DNA of 64,000 nucleotides from NCBI RefSeq assembly GCF_009914755.1, contig NC_060945.1; one strand, 5' to 3'. Source of the DNA: the human T2T-CHM13v2.0 reference genome, Homo sapiens. Made by a program: the position numbers and the translations under genes. Position 1 is the stretch's first letter. Every line of letters begins with the position of its first letter. Shown piece by piece: positions 32,762 to 48,817 of the stretch. The notes under the pieces were generated by a model, which was not told the origin of the DNA, made no database searches, and saw nothing but the letters and a program-made list of their open reading frames with translations.

Positions 32762-33320
32762 TTTTTTCAACTAGATCTCCTCAACATTTCTGCCTAGATC
32801 TTCCCCAAGAACTATACATTCAATTTGTTTCACAATGGCCCCACTTTTTACCAGTAATTACAGTTACCTTTATGTAATTATTATATTATTTTATGCATTG
32901 TTATCAGTGTCTCCCACTTATGTTTGAAATTTTTAGGGTTTTCCTGAGTTTCTTCCTTTTCTTCATACACTAAGTCCAATCAACTTCGATATTATTCAGG
33001 CTTCTACTTTGGAAAACTCATTAGTCCCTTTATTCACTAGCTCAAAAACCTGAACTTGTTTCAATAGTTACATCTGTTACATTTCATTAACAAATACTAA
33101 AAGTTACTTGATTAACAAGGCAGAAACAAGAGGAATTATGAATGTTATTGAACATGTGTGGAGTTCAAGGTTCAACATTTACTCTTAAATAGTAAGTTTA
33201 CTAAATGTACAAGAAATTAATGAGGACTTTTCAGTATTCTAAAGCATAATTTGGAAGTTTCTATAGTATATCTAAGGATGACTAAGTACAAATGAAAAAC
33301 TACCACAACAGCAAAAGCTA

Positions 33321-33933
33321 CTATTTGAACTTTTTTTTTTTATTTCAATTTTGTTTTTTATTATTTAAGTTCTGGGGTACATGTGCAGAACATGCAGGTT
33401 TGTTACATACGTATACACCTGCCATGGTGGTTTGCTGCACCCATCAACCCATCATCTACATTAGGTATTTCTCCTAATGCTATCCCTACCCAGCCCACCA
33501 CCCCCCCACCCCCCTACCCTCTACCACCCGACAGGCCCCAGTGTGTGATGTTCCCCTCCCTGTGTCCATGTGTTCTCATAGTTCAACTCCGACTTATGAG
33601 TGAAAACATGCGGTGTTTGTTTTTCTGTTCTTGTGTTAGCTTGCTGAGAATGATGGTAGAACTAGAATTGCCATTTGATCCAGCAATCCTATTACTGGGT
33701 ATCTACCCAAAGGATTATAGATCATTCTACTATAAAGACATATGCACATGTGTGTTTATTGTGGCACTGTTCACCATAGCAAAGACTTGGAGCCAACTCA
33801 AATGCCCATCAATGATAGACTGGATAAAGAAAATGTGGCACATATACACCATGCAATACTGTGCAGCCATAAAAAAGGATGAGTTCATGCCTTTTGCAGG
33901 GACGTGAATGAAACTGGAAGCTGTTTGAACTTT
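33321..33933 (-). mobile_element. L1PA6/7-like, 5'-inverted (junction ~33657), 13-bp TSD
   Basis: Antisense 3' UTR switches to sense ORF2 at 'gagaatgatgg|tagaactagaa'; TSD ctatttgaacttt / ctgtttgaacttt. Confidence 0.93.
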
Positions 33934-36864
33934 GAATTCGTGTTTCAGAAAACCTTTCAGAGGTCCCATTATCTAATGTAAAGGGCCCTCAAAGTCAGAT
34001 TTGTTGAAAGTGATAAGATTATACAAGAGATAGAACATTTATGACATCATATCACTGTCAAAGGACTTATTTTAAAACATCTCAAACGAATTGATTAATG
34101 AAGAATTTAAAATCTGATTGTGGCTAATCATGCCAGGCTACATGGCCTCTATCCTTGAACTTCTGAAAAAAGAGGTTACCTTTTATATAAAATCAACTGA
34201 GTTAGAAATCACATGCTTATTCAAATGCATGTATTTTATGATTTAATTATTTTTCATTTCTTAGACCGCTTAAGGAAAAATATAATGACTATGAGATATT
34301 AGGGCCTATGAAAACGTGGGATGTATTTTTCAAACATGCCAAACATATCTATGAGACTGTACCCTTTGCTTAAATTTCTCTATATCTAAAATTTCTGCTT
34401 AAATTGTGCATATCTCTTAGTAAGAAATGTATGTCACTCACTTTGTAAGCCTTATCCTGACATACTATCTAAACTTGATAACCCATTATTCCCTTATCTG
34501 TGTTTTCACAAAACTTTATTTGTACTTATTCTATTTATCAGTGTTAAAACAGTATACAATTAATTAAATATATATCTGCTAATCACTTTCAAAGCCCTCC
34601 CACCTATCTACTAAAGTGTGAGTTTTTAAAATCAAGGTACATTACCTCTCCAGATTTATATTATCTATTATCAAGTGGCATAATGCCTTAAATAAAATAA
34701 CTATGCGGGAGTTATTTCTGTGCTTCATGATATTAGTTTTATGTTACACAATAATAGTTTAATTCTCAGAAATACTACCTTGGATTTTTGATTTAGAGTT
34801 TCAATCGGTCTTTGGTCTGTGCTCAGCCAAATTTTATACCTTGGTGTCATTCTACTTGTAAGACTAAAAAAATAATAATAAGAGAGAAAACAAGCCATTA
34901 TATGTAAGTATATTCTGTTATTGTCATAAAACACCTACCTTATATATAATTGTTATTTATTATGATCATTTATTAACTACACCAGACAAAATCAACAAAA
35001 AATATGTAGAAATTACCTATGCAGAAGGAAGGGAAAACATGTTTTCATATAATCCTGCTATAGAGTTATTCTCCATACAAAACTCACTAGGCTTTTTCCT
35101 TTAATAACCAACATTCCATCCTTTTTCTATACAGAGAAGCCTTTAGGTTGATTAAAGTTCACATTGGCATAAATGTTTTCAACATAGTGAATGAATTCCA
35201 GGGAAAAAGCAGCTGCTATGTAAGTTATGTTAATGGCTGGGTTTTCCTTCACACAAAATTGTATACTGCTCCCCCTACCTCTGACACAGAAATCACCTCT
35301 TGTGGGCTGTAGTGCATTTTTTTTTTAGGTCTAGAAATTGGAAACATGGATATTTATTGCAGTTAAGGAACTAAGAATTTTAAAGAGGCAATTTCTGGAA
35401 GCTGGCTGAAAAATGACCTCATTCTCCTTCAAGTTTATTGTCCACACAGTGCTGTGCTGGCATTCCAAGATGCACGACGTGGTTAAAGTCTTTCTGCACA
35501 GGCTTCAGGGGCATGATTCTCAATAACAAATTGTGCCCGAATGCCTGATTTTACTTGTTTCCTAAAGAATGCTCATTTTATAATTCATTCCAGTAGGAAA
35601 ACAACACTATAAACATTTCAAAATATTTATAATTTAAAATATTAAATAACATTTTCTATGCTTTGATAGTTTAGAATGAGTCAAACATTTTAACCTCTTA
35701 AAAGTGACAGATTGGAGTCTACTAGGTAAAAGTTCCACATTTTCAGTTTCCTGAATTACCAGTTTAAGATATCATTTGACCAGCTTGAAGTATGATCTAT
35801 GGAATGATGATGATACATGAAATAATTATTATCAATTACAGACAAGATCACTATGAAAATCGAGATGAAGCATAGAATGTAAGAATTTCGGCAGATTAAG
35901 TTTATGTCTAATAAATCTAACAATTAAAAACATGATTTGTACTTGTAGTCCTCCTTTTTTATTTTTATTTTTATTTATTTTTATTTTTATATATACTTTG
36001 CTGAAGCTTAAGATTGGGACATATTAGGAAAAAATGATTTTTCACTATAGATAGTTTGAGAAGCATTGAATTCTAGAAAAGCAGTTTTCAAGATTTGTTT
36101 GAAATATTATGTAGAGGCTCCGTCCTTGAAACAGTAAATATGGAGCTTGTCTGTTTAAAGTATATACAGAGATGAAATGCAGCTCCACTTTCCCCACTGG
36201 GGCAGAAATAGGGAATCTCGGGGGCAGAGAAATTACATCAAGAACAAGAAGCACTTACTTGTATGCAACAAAACACAGCATGGAAAGTGGATAAAAACTT
36301 CAATGATGGTAAGTGATATTTGCATGATTATAGACAACAAAAATTATAAACATAACTTAAAATTTAAAAGATTAAATAAATGCTCAAACAATAACCTTGA
36401 TCTAATGTGGCTTAATGTATGTACTGTTCTTAGTTATTTGACTTATAGAGAATAAAACAACCTCTGGCCCTCATGAAACTTATATTCTAGCAAGAACTGC
36501 AATTCTTAGTTTCATAAAACCAACATTTAAACATCTGAAAGCAGATAGAACATATTAATAAATCACGGTATAAGGTATTCCTGGTAAGAATAATTTTGAA
36601 AAAATTACCAATAACTAAAGGAGGGTATTAAGAATTAAAAACTTTTCATCAGTTAAAAATTAGAACAAAGCAAGTTGTATCTGTCTTGTAGCAGAAACAT
36701 CAAATTAATCAGCTTATTTATGTTTCTTTAAAATGAACAATTTGGCTGTACATTACCTCTCTGTATTTAGTATTTATGCTAAGTTTTTCTCACAGTATCA
36801 TAAAGTGATGGCAAAATTAACTACCTGTTTTAATAGAGATGCTGAATATTCTTTGAAATGATGG

Positions 36865-37770
36865 TGTGGGAGACCGGAATACACCACCCTAAGATATATT
36901 AATACTTCTTTGGCATAAGAATTGTTGACCTGAAGGTGATTAGAAAGAAGCAGATGCAGGAAAGTTCTCTGCCCTATCTCTATTTGCCCAAAAGCGAAAC
37001 ATAAATTTGCAAAAGCAAAAGATACTCCACTTCTCCTCTCTACCAGGAAGGCCAAAGGATAACCACTGAAGAAAACTTTAGACTGTGATCAGTCTGGAGA
37101 CGGTATCTGTTGTGGTTTAAATGTTTGTGTCTCTTCCAAAATTCATGTGTTGAAACTGAATTTGCAAATATGATAGCAGTAAGAGGTTGTGCCCTTAGGA
37201 GGTAATTAAGTAATGGAGTGGAGCCCTAGTAAATGGGATTAAGGCCTGTATAAAAGACGTTTGACTATGTTCGACCCTCTTGCTCTTTCGCCTTCCCCCA
37301 CGCCAGGACACAGAAACAAGACATCTTGGAATCAAACAGCAGCCCTCAGTAGACACCAATGCTAGTGGCTTAATCTTGGACTTCCCAGCCTCCAGAACAT
37401 TAAAAAAAAATAAATTTCTGTTTTTTATAAATTACTCAGTCTGTTGTATTTTCTTCTATCAGCATGAAAAGACTAAGACAATACCAGAGGAATCCACATT
37501 AACAAACATTACTACATAACCTTTATCTGCTATTTATTTGCATTTCTTCAGGTTGCTGCCCCTAGAGGCTCAAAGCTCCTTTCCTTTATCTTGTCACTTC
37601 TCTAAAATTTTCTATTCTTTTTGATGATGTAATATAAGCTGAAATTCAAAACCACCTTTGTGAAAATTACTCATCTTCTATGTGTTTCTGGGTGAAATAC
37701 ACATATAAATCAATTTTTGGTTTTTCTCTTGTTAATCTGTCTTATGTATCAGGGGTCCATTTTAACCTCT
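36865..37770 (+). mobile_element. MER39/MER34-like ERV1 LTR interrupted by an MST LTR
   Basis: Starts 'tgtgggagaccggaatacaccaccctaag...ctttggcataag'; resumes at 'agaggaatccacattaac'. Confidence 0.8.
37108..37480 (+). mobile_element. MSTD-like MaLR solo LTR
   Basis: 'tgttgtggtttaaatgtttgtgtc...gactaagaca' with both ends present. Confidence 0.85.
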
Positions 37771-38041
37771 GAGGCATGCTACAGCAGGGCTTTTGACCTA
37801 CAGAACTAGGAGATAATATACAGGTGTTATTTCAATCCATTCAATCTAAAGTAAATTTTTACAGCAGCAATTAGAAATTAATATCATATTCTTTCCGAAA
37901 AGGAAGGCACTTGTATTGGATCATTGTGGATCTAACGCCTTCCCTGAAAACAAAACTAAAGTGCCTACTTTACTGGTTGGATAGTATTCTGGTTTCTGAC
38001 CCTTGCTTAGCTCATGTATCACTTGTGAAATATTACAACTA

Positions 38042-38329
38042 GGCCAGGCGCAGTGGCTCACATCTGTAATCCGAGGAATTTGGGAGGCCAAGGCAGAAAG
38101 ATTGCTTGAGCCAAGGAGCTCCAGATGAGCCTGGGCAACATAGTGAGACTTCATCACTACAAAACACAAAAATGAGTAGGATGCTGTGGCACATACCCGT
38201 AGTCCCAGCTACTCAGGAGGCTGAGGTGGGAGGATCACTTGAGCCAGGTGGTGGAGGCTGCAGTGGGCCATGATCACACCACTGCACTCCCGCTAGGGTG
38301 AGAGGGTGAGACTGCATTAAAAAAAAAAA
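38042..38329 (+). mobile_element. AluJ
   Basis: 'ttgcttgagccaaggag', 'gaggctgcagtgggccatgatc', poly-A. Confidence 0.9.
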
Positions 38330-39164
38330 TCACTACTAGTTGGCAAACATAAGAAGTTTTGCATAAATACAATGCCCATAATTGTATCAATTTGAGTAAT
38401 TTCATTTTTTTCAATTTTTACTGGATTTTTTTTGTTATTAAGAACTTATTTTGTATCAGGCTCTCTACCAAGCACTTTAGCTACCTCACCTCATTAAAGA
38501 TGCTCTACATTTTTAATAGTACTGGAGGAAACTGGGGCTGGAAAACAACAGAAAATTAGACAAAAACTCTAGTCTACATAACTATTAAGATTGAATCTCA
38601 TAACTTTAACCACTCTTTCTTTGACTGGGGATGTCTAGTTATATTCTCTGCAGTAAACTTTGTCTTTTAGTGGCAAAAAAATGGAGAGGATTGCAGAAAC
38701 AAATAAATAAAAAGATTTCAGTTCCATTACCTTTTCTTCCTACAACTATTCAAAGAAAACAGTTTCCTTCCTCAGTTCCTGGGGCAGCTAAACTCACCAA
38801 TTAAGTTATTCAGTAGAATCAATAAGCAGACAGATTTTGAATATTTAGATCTATTTTACTGAAAGATTTAACAAACATATCTTTGAAAGCAAAATGACAA
38901 GAGAGAGTAAAAATATCTATATTCACTAAAAATCCTTGCTATATTTATTCATTGAGAAATCTTTTTTTGAATTACAGGTGGTAACCTTTATGTGTATTTC
39001 ATGTAGGTCAATAATCACAAAACTAATCCACCTAGTTGGTTTGGGATATTCTGGGCAGCTTCTTTTGTATTGAAGTAGCCTTTTTTTTTTTTTTTTTTAC
39101 CCTGTTAAAATGAGGATTGAGCATCTCATAGAATCTTGGGGGCTGCAAGATAGAAATTCAAATT

Positions 39165-39700
39165 ACTAGTGCTAGATTAAAAATTACCCCACAAGTTGCT
39201 GGCATGAGGTAACAACAACTGAATTTGCTTAGGGGTTCTCTGAATCAGAAACTTAGGTAAAGAATGGCAGGGATGGCATTTCTGAGCGCCACAGTGTCTT
39301 TGGCCAGAGCTGGAAGATTTGAGGCTGGATACTGGACTCATCAGAAGCTCACTCACCAACATGTACACCAGCTGATGTTGGCTGTTGGATGGAACACCTA
39401 TGTGTGGCTTCTTCATGTGGTCTGAACTTCACTTCAACATGATGTTCTAGTTCAAAGGGCAAGCAACACAAGAAGAAAAATGAGTCAAGTGGAGGCTTTT
39501 CACCCTTTTTTGACCTAGACTTGAAGGTCATATAGCATCATTTCTTTCACAATCTGAGGGTTAAGGAAGTCACAGTTGTCTGTCCAGGTTCAAGAAGTAT
39601 CAATATCACATTGATACAAAGAATGTCAATATCACTTTGTAAGAAGACCATGTGCAATGAGATATATATTTGAGCTGTCTTTTGAAAACACTGTCTGATG
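39165..39700 (-). mobile_element. MLT1H-like MaLR LTR
   Basis: 'aaattaccccaca...gctgatgttggctgttgg...gacctagacttgaaggtcatatagcatca'. Confidence 0.7.
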
Positions 39701-39877
39701 CAGTGAGGGAAATATATGCATAACAGATGTGTTGGAGACACAATGAAAAGGAGAAGGATTTTTAACAAATACACTATATTAGGTAATTTTTAAAAAAAAC
39801 CAACACAAAAAAGCACCAGATACATTTATTAATATAAAATTCCATCATGAAATTATTCTCCCACACCTCTTTCTCAT

Positions 39878-40222
39878 TGCAATGCTCAGTTTGCTATACT
39901 GACTTGGCTAGGTTTTACTCTCCAGTTATTCATCAAACACTAATCTAGTTACTTCAATAAACACATTGGTAGATATCATCAAAGTCCATAATCAGTTCTC
40001 ATTCAGTTAAAAGGCTCTAAGTTTGGAACTGAGATTTAGATGAAGAAGAAGTTCTGTTTTGTCTCATGGCCAAGAATTCCAGCCTGTCCTTCTGACAGCC
40101 TGCCCTATGGATTTCACCTTTCCCAGCGAGAGCCCACAAAAGTGTAAGCCAGTTTCTTGTAATTAAGCTCTTAATACAGATCTAACACTGGTTTTCTTTC
40201 TCTGGTTGGTCCCTAAATGATA
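39878..40222 (+). mobile_element. MLT2D/E-like ERVL LTR
   Basis: 'ccagttattcatcaaacactaatctag...aaagtccataatcagtt...acagcctgccctatggatttc'. Confidence 0.7.
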
Positions 40223-41499
40223 AAATCATCAAAAGCATTTATCTCCATTTAGGATATTTGACATTTATTCTAGAAACTGTAAGTTTAACAATGAATAATG
40301 TTGAGTTTCGGAAAATAATACCCCAAAATATGGTGCTTTGACATACTAAAATAAAGAAGTAGTCTTAAGGTTGCTGTGGTCTTACCCCACCCCTTCTGTC
40401 TCTCAACTCTCTATCTGTCCCAAAGCACAGAACACAGCTGTTCTCTGAAATTCTTTTATCTACCTAGAAACCAAACCTGCCAAAAAGGAACACAGTTGCC
40501 TTCAATCCGCTCCCTGAAATTTTATTAACCAGAGAAGATTAGAACTCATGTCACAGAGGAAGAGAATTACAATTAAATACTAAAACCTGGAGCCCCGACA
40601 AACTCTGTTCTCTAGTCCCATTTCATTTCCAAATAAAATTGTTTCTTAACCATAATCAGAGCACTGTCTCCATTCATCTGTCCAAAAACCTCTTTACTGT
40701 ACCTAAAAAATAGTCACATTTCTCCCACTTCTCCTTCTCCTATAAGGAAGGGCTAATAACATCTGGACCTCATGAGTTATTGGGTAATCATTCTCACGTA
40801 TCTCCCTCATGCTTGTTCATGTTCAAAAAATCCACGTGTCTTCCATTAATCTGTCCACTGTTAGTTCCTTTTCAGCAAATCTTTAAAGAGTAGAGGGGCT
40901 GCAACGGATTTGGTTTTACAAGTGGGACAAACCAAATCCACTCTGCTCTTCTGGAAACTGCTATAAAAGGAACCCAGAACCTGACCATGGCTGGGCATGG
41001 GGGGAGATTTCTTACTTGTTAGACTCCTGTGTGTCTCAGTGGAAACTGACAGAGGATATAATAAAAATTTGTTTTTCTTTTTTTTTTCCAAATTAAGATT
41101 GACAGGAGTTAAGTATTTCAACTCTCAGTATCCATAGAAAGATCAAATTTAAAGGGGGATACAAATGAAATATAGCAACTACCTAAACTACCCTTGAAGA
41201 GATTAAACATCAGAAATCAGATTTAAGACAAAGTTAAAATCATTTGATCTCTCCAACTGCCTGCCTTGGATGCTCTACAGGATTTGTTAAAAAGGTGCTC
41301 CAGACTGTGGTCTCCTGGCTGGGATCTAACACTTTCACCATTGTGACCCGGTTTTACTCTTATCTGTGGCACCAGTCACTTGGATAAGTAAATCTTTTGA
41401 CTCAGGAGAAAACATTTCTAAAACTTATTTTAGTAAGTTTCTTTTGATTTAAACAAAAAGTTTGCTGCTTAACCTATACGAATACCTAATAATAAGATT

Positions 41500-41680
41500 T
41501 TTTAATACTTTAATTTTAAGTTCAGGGGTACATGTGTAGGTTTGTTACTTAGGTAAACTTGTGTCATGAGGATTTGTTGTACAGTTAATTTCATCACCCA
41601 GTTATTAAGCCTAGTATCCATTAGTTATTTTTCCTGATCCTCTCTCTCCTCTCACCCTCCATCCTCCCATGGGCCCCAGT
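41500..41680 (-). mobile_element. Short 5'-truncated L1PA13-like 3' end inside the provirus
   Basis: 'ttttaagttcaggggtacatgtgtagg...tttttcctgatcctctc...gggccccagt'. Confidence 0.85.
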
Positions 41681-42897
41681 ATAAAAAAAAGAAGAGAGAT
41701 TTGAAATAATTTTTTAACAGCTCTATGATCAAAAGTTGGAAACTTTTAATGAAAAACTAATATTCAAGCTACAGTTATAAGGGCTTCTCTATTTTTTATT
41801 TCTGTTGGATTTTTCTTCAGAAACATTTTAGTTAACTGAAACTTTTATTCTCCCAAATCTTTGCTAACTAAAACTTCACTGGTCTTTTTTAAAAAACAAA
41901 TGACTTATTTCATAATTTTCTGTGATGCTATTTTGATCAAGAGTTTAAACTTTATTCTTGACAAAGTTCTAAAAAATCAGATTTAATATTTTCGAGCTCA
42001 AAGTAACTTTTTGATGTTTCAGAGGTTCCCTAAAGCATCCAACAGAGAAAGAATAAGCTAATCAAGCTTACTTCATGTTAATTTTATAGAGTACATTGTT
42101 AAATAAGAACTAATATTTAATCTTCTTTGAGCTATATTTGTATGAATGTTATTAATACTAACATATATTTGAAAATTATATAAGATTTCTAAAATTCTGA
42201 CATGTCTTGGTATATGTTATCAGTTATAATTATTGCTATCATGTTAAATTCTTGTGGGCCACAGAAAATGATCAAATTTTCTTGTCAATTGCATCTTTAT
42301 GCCCATTTTAAGCCTTTTTGTCCCGAGTTACTTGCTTTATTCTTATGCTTTTGTTTTGAAAGCTCCTTACAAATGCCAAAGTGTTGCATCTTCAAGAAAA
42401 TTCATAGGAAAGACTGCAACAAGTACTCTTAAATACAAGCTTCTGGCAACTTTAAGACCAAACTATTAAATTGAGTATAAAAAAAATCTGAACTCATAAA
42501 ATTTCTAACACAACATCAACCAGAATAAGAATTAATTATATAGAACTAAACTGATAAAGACAATTTTTTATTACTTTGGTTCAAAACATTGATGATTATT
42601 TTTATGTTTTGTTTTCCAGATTTAAGAATTCTTTTTCTTTTAAACTATTTATGGCTTGCAAGATTTTGGTAGAATATTCCGTGAGCAAAATTGAAGCATG
42701 TTTTCACTCTGCAACTGATCTTCCAGAATTGAGAAACTATTTGTGAGTATTGTTTTCTTATGGCAATATAGTTATTTCATAAGTCCAATAAGAAACTGTT
42801 TTATTCTGTAACAGGACACGATTGGAGATTCTGGTAATTGTATCAAGGCTCTGACTAGAATGTCATATTCTGACATGACAAGACAGTTTTGAAAGAT

Positions 42898-43493
42898 TGA
42901 CATTTACTTCTTTTTTCTTTATTTCTTCTTAAAAAAATAAAAGGATACACGTGCAGAACGTGCAGGTTTGTTACACAGGTATACATGTGCTATGGTGGTT
43001 TGCTGCACCTATTGTCCCATCCTCTAAGCTCCCTCCCCTCACCAGGCCCTGGTATGTGATATTCTCCTCTCTGCGTCCATGTATTCTCATTGTTCAGCTC
43101 CCACTTATGAGTGATAACGTGTGGTGTTTAGTTTTCTGTTCCTGTGTTAGTGAAGACATTTATGCTGCCAACAAACATATGAAAAAAAGCTCAACATCAC
43201 TGATTATCAGAGAAATGAAAATTTAATCTACAATGAGATATTATCTCACACCAGTCAGAAAGGTGATTATTAAAAAGTCAGGAAACAATAGATGCTGGGG
43301 AGGCTGTGGAGAAATAGGAACACTTTTACGCTGTTGGTGGAAAAGTAAATTAGTTCAACCACTGTGGAAGACAGTATGGCGATTCCTCAAGGATCTGGAA
43401 TGAGAAATACCATCAGACCCAGGAATCTCATTACCCGGTATATACCCAAAGGATTATAAATCATTCTACTATAAAGACACATGACATTGACTT
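42898..43493 (-). mobile_element. L1PA8-like, 5'-inverted (junction ~43151), TSD TGACATT(T/G)ACTT, inside the provirus
   Basis: Antisense 3' UTR ends at 'cctgtgttagt', then sense ORF2 'gaagacatttatgc...aaagacaca'; TSD at 42898-42909 and 43482-43493. Confidence 0.92.
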
Positions 43494-44319
43494 TTATGAA
43501 AACAACAAAAATCCTCCTGGAAAAATTGACCTGATAACTCAAATACATGATTCCTGTGTTTGCCTTTAGAGGTGGATAGAGAATGTCACTTCTTGACAGG
43601 CTGAGAAACCTCAGGATATTTTGAGGACCTAAAGGAGAGAGGAACTCACCAAATTTGTTCTGATATTATAGACCTCCAAGGCCACAGCAGCTTTACAAAT
43701 GCCTAATCTGATGTTTCTTACCAAAAGTTTCAACAAAGTCTACTTAAAAAGAACCTATGTAATCAATCACTATTCTTGCTGCACTTTATGCAAATAATCA
43801 GGCCAAGATAATGAGACTAAACTTATTTTGCAAAAAAATTAATTTTATCATAAGTAACTGTTGAAAATGGGGATGAATGTAAGGAAGAAAAATTATGTAT
43901 CAGAAAAAAAAACTATAGTGCACCTGTTATTAGATTCTAGACCCGTCCACCAATTTTGAGATTTTTATTATCTGGACTAAATTCTGAAATTTAGTTCTCT
44001 CTAGTATTTGGCCATGACTCTCCAAACTGTTCCCAATTTTTTCTGCCAAATTTTTGATTTCAAATCACTAGAAATTAAAAGTTTTTTTTAAACTGAGGCC
44101 CTACAAGCTGAACCTAGTTAACTTGTCACTGAAGAAAAATCATTGCAACTGCTTATATTTGGACAAACCTTGTGACATACAACTACAGTCCAAGCAAATA
44201 TGACAGATTGCCACTGTCTCTCTGGCTCCAACTTCGGTATTTCAGCTCATATGTGAAAATCTTTTTAATAGACTTCCCTCCAGACTCAGGGGCTAGGTTA
44301 CAGACTACTTCCGACATTA

Positions 44320-44764
<445 letters not shown>

Positions 44765-46805
44765 CTACTTTAGTAGAATCCTTTGGCACTCAGCTACTAA
44801 CTTGAATTTTCTCTCCAGAGCCACCAACTCAGCTGTTAATGTGTATAACCTCTAGTAAAGTTTCAGACAGGGGAATGTTAGGGCTCAAAAAATGATACAT
44901 CGAAATATGTCACTTTGAAATATTGAACTGAAGAAGCAGCCTCAAGATCTCTTACCTCTCACCTCTCCTCTCTCTCAACCCTCTGTCTCTCCCAAAGTAC
45001 AGAAGAAGATGGCTTTTCTCTGAAATTCTCTTATCTCCCTAGAAACCAAATATGCCCAAGAGGAACACATTTGCTCTCGATCCCTCTCTAAAATTTCATT
45101 AACCTTAGAAGATGAAAACTCATAAAGGAAGAGAACGAAAAGTAAACACCACACCTGAAGCCCAGATGAACACTGTTCTCTGGTCCCATTCAATTCCCAA
45201 AGAAAACTTATTAATCAGTGTCTGCATATTGACTCCATTCATCTCTCCTAAAAATAATTGACTACCCTTCAAAAATCATCTTATTTCTCCCACCTCCCCT
45301 TCTCCAATGAAGAAAGGTATATGAACACCTGGATGTGACTGTGTTATTGTGTATTCATCCTCATGCAGTTCTCTCATACTTACGTATGTTAAATCAATCT
45401 GAATGCCCTTTCTTCTATGAATTCTATTGTCAGTTTATTTTCTGTAAACCTTCAGAGAACAGAGGAAAGGCTTTCCTTTGACCCCTGCAATAGCAATTTC
45501 ATACCAATGTTTAGTAACTGGAACTACAGAGAATTAGTCAGTTTCCATCTGGTTTTACTCATTTAGCGAAAATGATTAATAGCACTTGCCTCCAATATTA
45601 TAGGACTAAGTAAGCACTTTTTTGAGTGCCATCTATGAACAATGTGCTGTTGTTCAAATTAGTTGTGTACAAGAGAATAGAATAAATTAAAAGTTACATG
45701 TTGTCCTTTTATTCCATATTGTGGGATAGCATTGGCTTTTATAAAAAGTCCAATTTCACTAAATCTTTGAACTTTTTAGGTACCAAATATCAAGGATTTT
45801 GAGTAATAAGCACTCCTATTAAGACTTTAGAAACTTGTGTCTAAAACTTCGTTGCTATTTCTGAACTTGCAGCAATCCGAACGTGAAATCTGAATGAGCC
45901 TGTAAGAAAAAAAATGAAATATTCAAAGCTGTACATTAACCCTTGAAGTCCATAGCTGAATTTTTCAAAAAGAAATGAATAGAAGAAAATTAAACCTCAA
46001 TTGAAACATGAGAGAATAGTGCTGTAACATAAACAGTATCTCTTTTTTGTGGCACCAGTTTTTCAGTGATTCAAAGGAAGAATGTTTCTAGCGAAAAAAA
46101 ATGGTTGCTATGGAGTTAAGAGTTGAGTTAATACCAACAAGGCAGAAATGCTGTGGGTTAATAATTACATTTGAATAGATTAGCTTGATTCTTTGCAAGA
46201 ATATTTTTATTGCTGTGTCCATATCTTTACTTATTTATATTAAATAAGTTATAACTTTTATCTTGTGAAGAAACTCACCATGGGTGCACTATAAAGCATT
46301 TATTAATTGCTTAAGAGATTTTATGCCATTTTAGTGATATTTGAGGCAGGAATTTTCTGTGGATTTTTACATATCTATACAATTACTGTATTTCATTAAT
46401 TGATATAGCTGCTAATGTATCAAACACAGCAGGACTGAAAATACAGGGAAATGAAGTAAAGTTGCTGGCATAGTCTGATAAAGGTTTGTGCATCAGTAGA
46501 TAATTTCTTTAAATGACATTATCTAGAATTTGTGAAAAGATAGTTTTTTTTTTTAAGACAGACATAAGTACAAAATGTCTGCTTCTCACAGGGCACGTTT
46601 GCTTTCAGTGCACAATAAAGCTCAAATTTAAATCTTCACTTACATTTACTGCAGCCACATTGCCTTTTTCTTGATTTCCAATGACTCTTTGTTAAAAAAA
46701 TAATTTTGATGCCAATATTGTACGCATTCTGCATTCCATATATCACTTATTGCTTCTTTATTTCTGTTACTAACGACTGTGCTCCAACGTTTACCTCTTT
46801 ACTCA

Positions 46806-47201
<396 letters not shown>

Positions 47202-47624
47202 TTACAGTTTCATCTGAAAACTCAGAGATATAGATCTCTACGATTAACAAATTCTTACATTTCATTCTATATAAAAGTTACTTCATTTTCAAATTCCCTA
47301 ACTTCTTTTTAATCATAGAGGTATTAGTATCTATTTGCAACAATAACTAACATTGTCAGAGATCACTTTTTTCCCCTTTCAAGAATTTTGCCCATTTTTG
47401 CCCTCTTGGACGCTGACTAGCTAGCTCAGGCTTTAAGATGAAGAAAAGACCTAGTTCACATGATGTCAAGTGGCAGGAGTGATTGGGTCATTAACTTTTA
47501 AAATGTTTGTGTTTCTATCTGAGTATATTTCTGCAGGAATGCTACAAAACAGCTGTGTGATATTAAGTAGGACATTACAATGTAATGTATAAATATATGT
47601 ATACTCCTGGAAAAGATTCTTTTC

Positions 47625-48095
47625 TTCACCATATTTTAGTTAGTTTTCTGAACCTTCTTCTAGGCCTCTCCGTGTACTATTTTGTAAAATCCAGTTTTAG
47701 CAAAGAACCCCGCTGTATTAATTTAACAGGAACCTACCTCTCCATCCTTGATATCTGATCCCCCTCAATATCTTGTTAGATTCTTCATTCTCTACCATCT
47801 TCTAGATGATGTCTGATTACCCTGGCCCATCTTCAGCAAGAATATTGCTAGGATGATTTAGTCAGAATCTCCTTTACCCCTGAATTTACTCTTAGAGATT
47901 TTCCATCCTGTGACACCCACCCTGCTCTTTGGCTATGAATACTCATTTGACCATGTTTTATTTGGAGTTGTGTCCAACCTCTTTTTCCCATTGAAAATCT
48001 CATTTCAGTGACTCATATACTGATCCCAACGGTCTTGAGTATAGGTATCCTTATTGTGCTTTAATTGAATAATTTTAATTGAATAATTTTTTGAT
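47625..48095 (+). mobile_element. MER31-like ERV1 solo LTR
   Basis: 'ccagttttagcaaagaaccc...tgatgtctgattaccctggcc...ttttccatcc...ccaccctgctctttggctat'. Confidence 0.7.
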
Positions 48096-48626
48096 ACTAT
48101 ATTGTACAGTACAATAGGAAAATAAGAATAATTTTCTGGCTTTCTACTAAGATAATGTTGAGGATTAAATTAAGTAATACTTTAAAAAGTTGGCTAAAGA
48201 TCAATAACTTAAATATTTGTAAAACATGAATTTGGAAGATGATAAGTAATTTCTTCTAAGTACAACATATAAGAATTTTTTGTCTCAATCCACTTAATGT
48301 TACAGATTCTATTTTAAAAATAATATAAGCAAGTGAAAAAAGTAACTAAAACCTGGTTTATTTAAATCCATTTACACCATAATTTGGATAATTATTACAT
48401 CTTAGTTATTTGTAAAAGAACCATGCCAGGGAGATATGGCTGTAAGTCTTCTCTGTAATTGTGTGCCCAAACCTATTAATAAATTTAATGATTCTCAATT
48501 TTTCCATCTGAGAAATATAGAGAATGACCTTGTGGCATGTTCTAATAATTAGAAAAATAATTAGTAAAAAGGTATTTTGCGTTTAGTTAATGCTCAACAA
48601 ACCATTATTTTCATTTAGGCTATAAT

Positions 48627-48658
48627 TTCTTCCCTCCCTCTCTCTCTCTCTCTCTTTT

Positions 48659-48710
<52 letters not shown>

Positions 48711-48779
48711 ACTTTCTTTCTTTCTTACTTTCTTCCTTCCTTCCCTTCCTTCCTTCCTTCCTCCCTCCCTCCCTCTCTC

Positions 48780-48817
<38 letters not shown>

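Noticed and set aside
33383-33907. 174-aa ORF crossing the L1 inversion junction (antisense 3' UTR fused in frame to ORF2p C-terminus)
   Set aside because: Chance in-frame junction; no promoter, splice or conservation evidence
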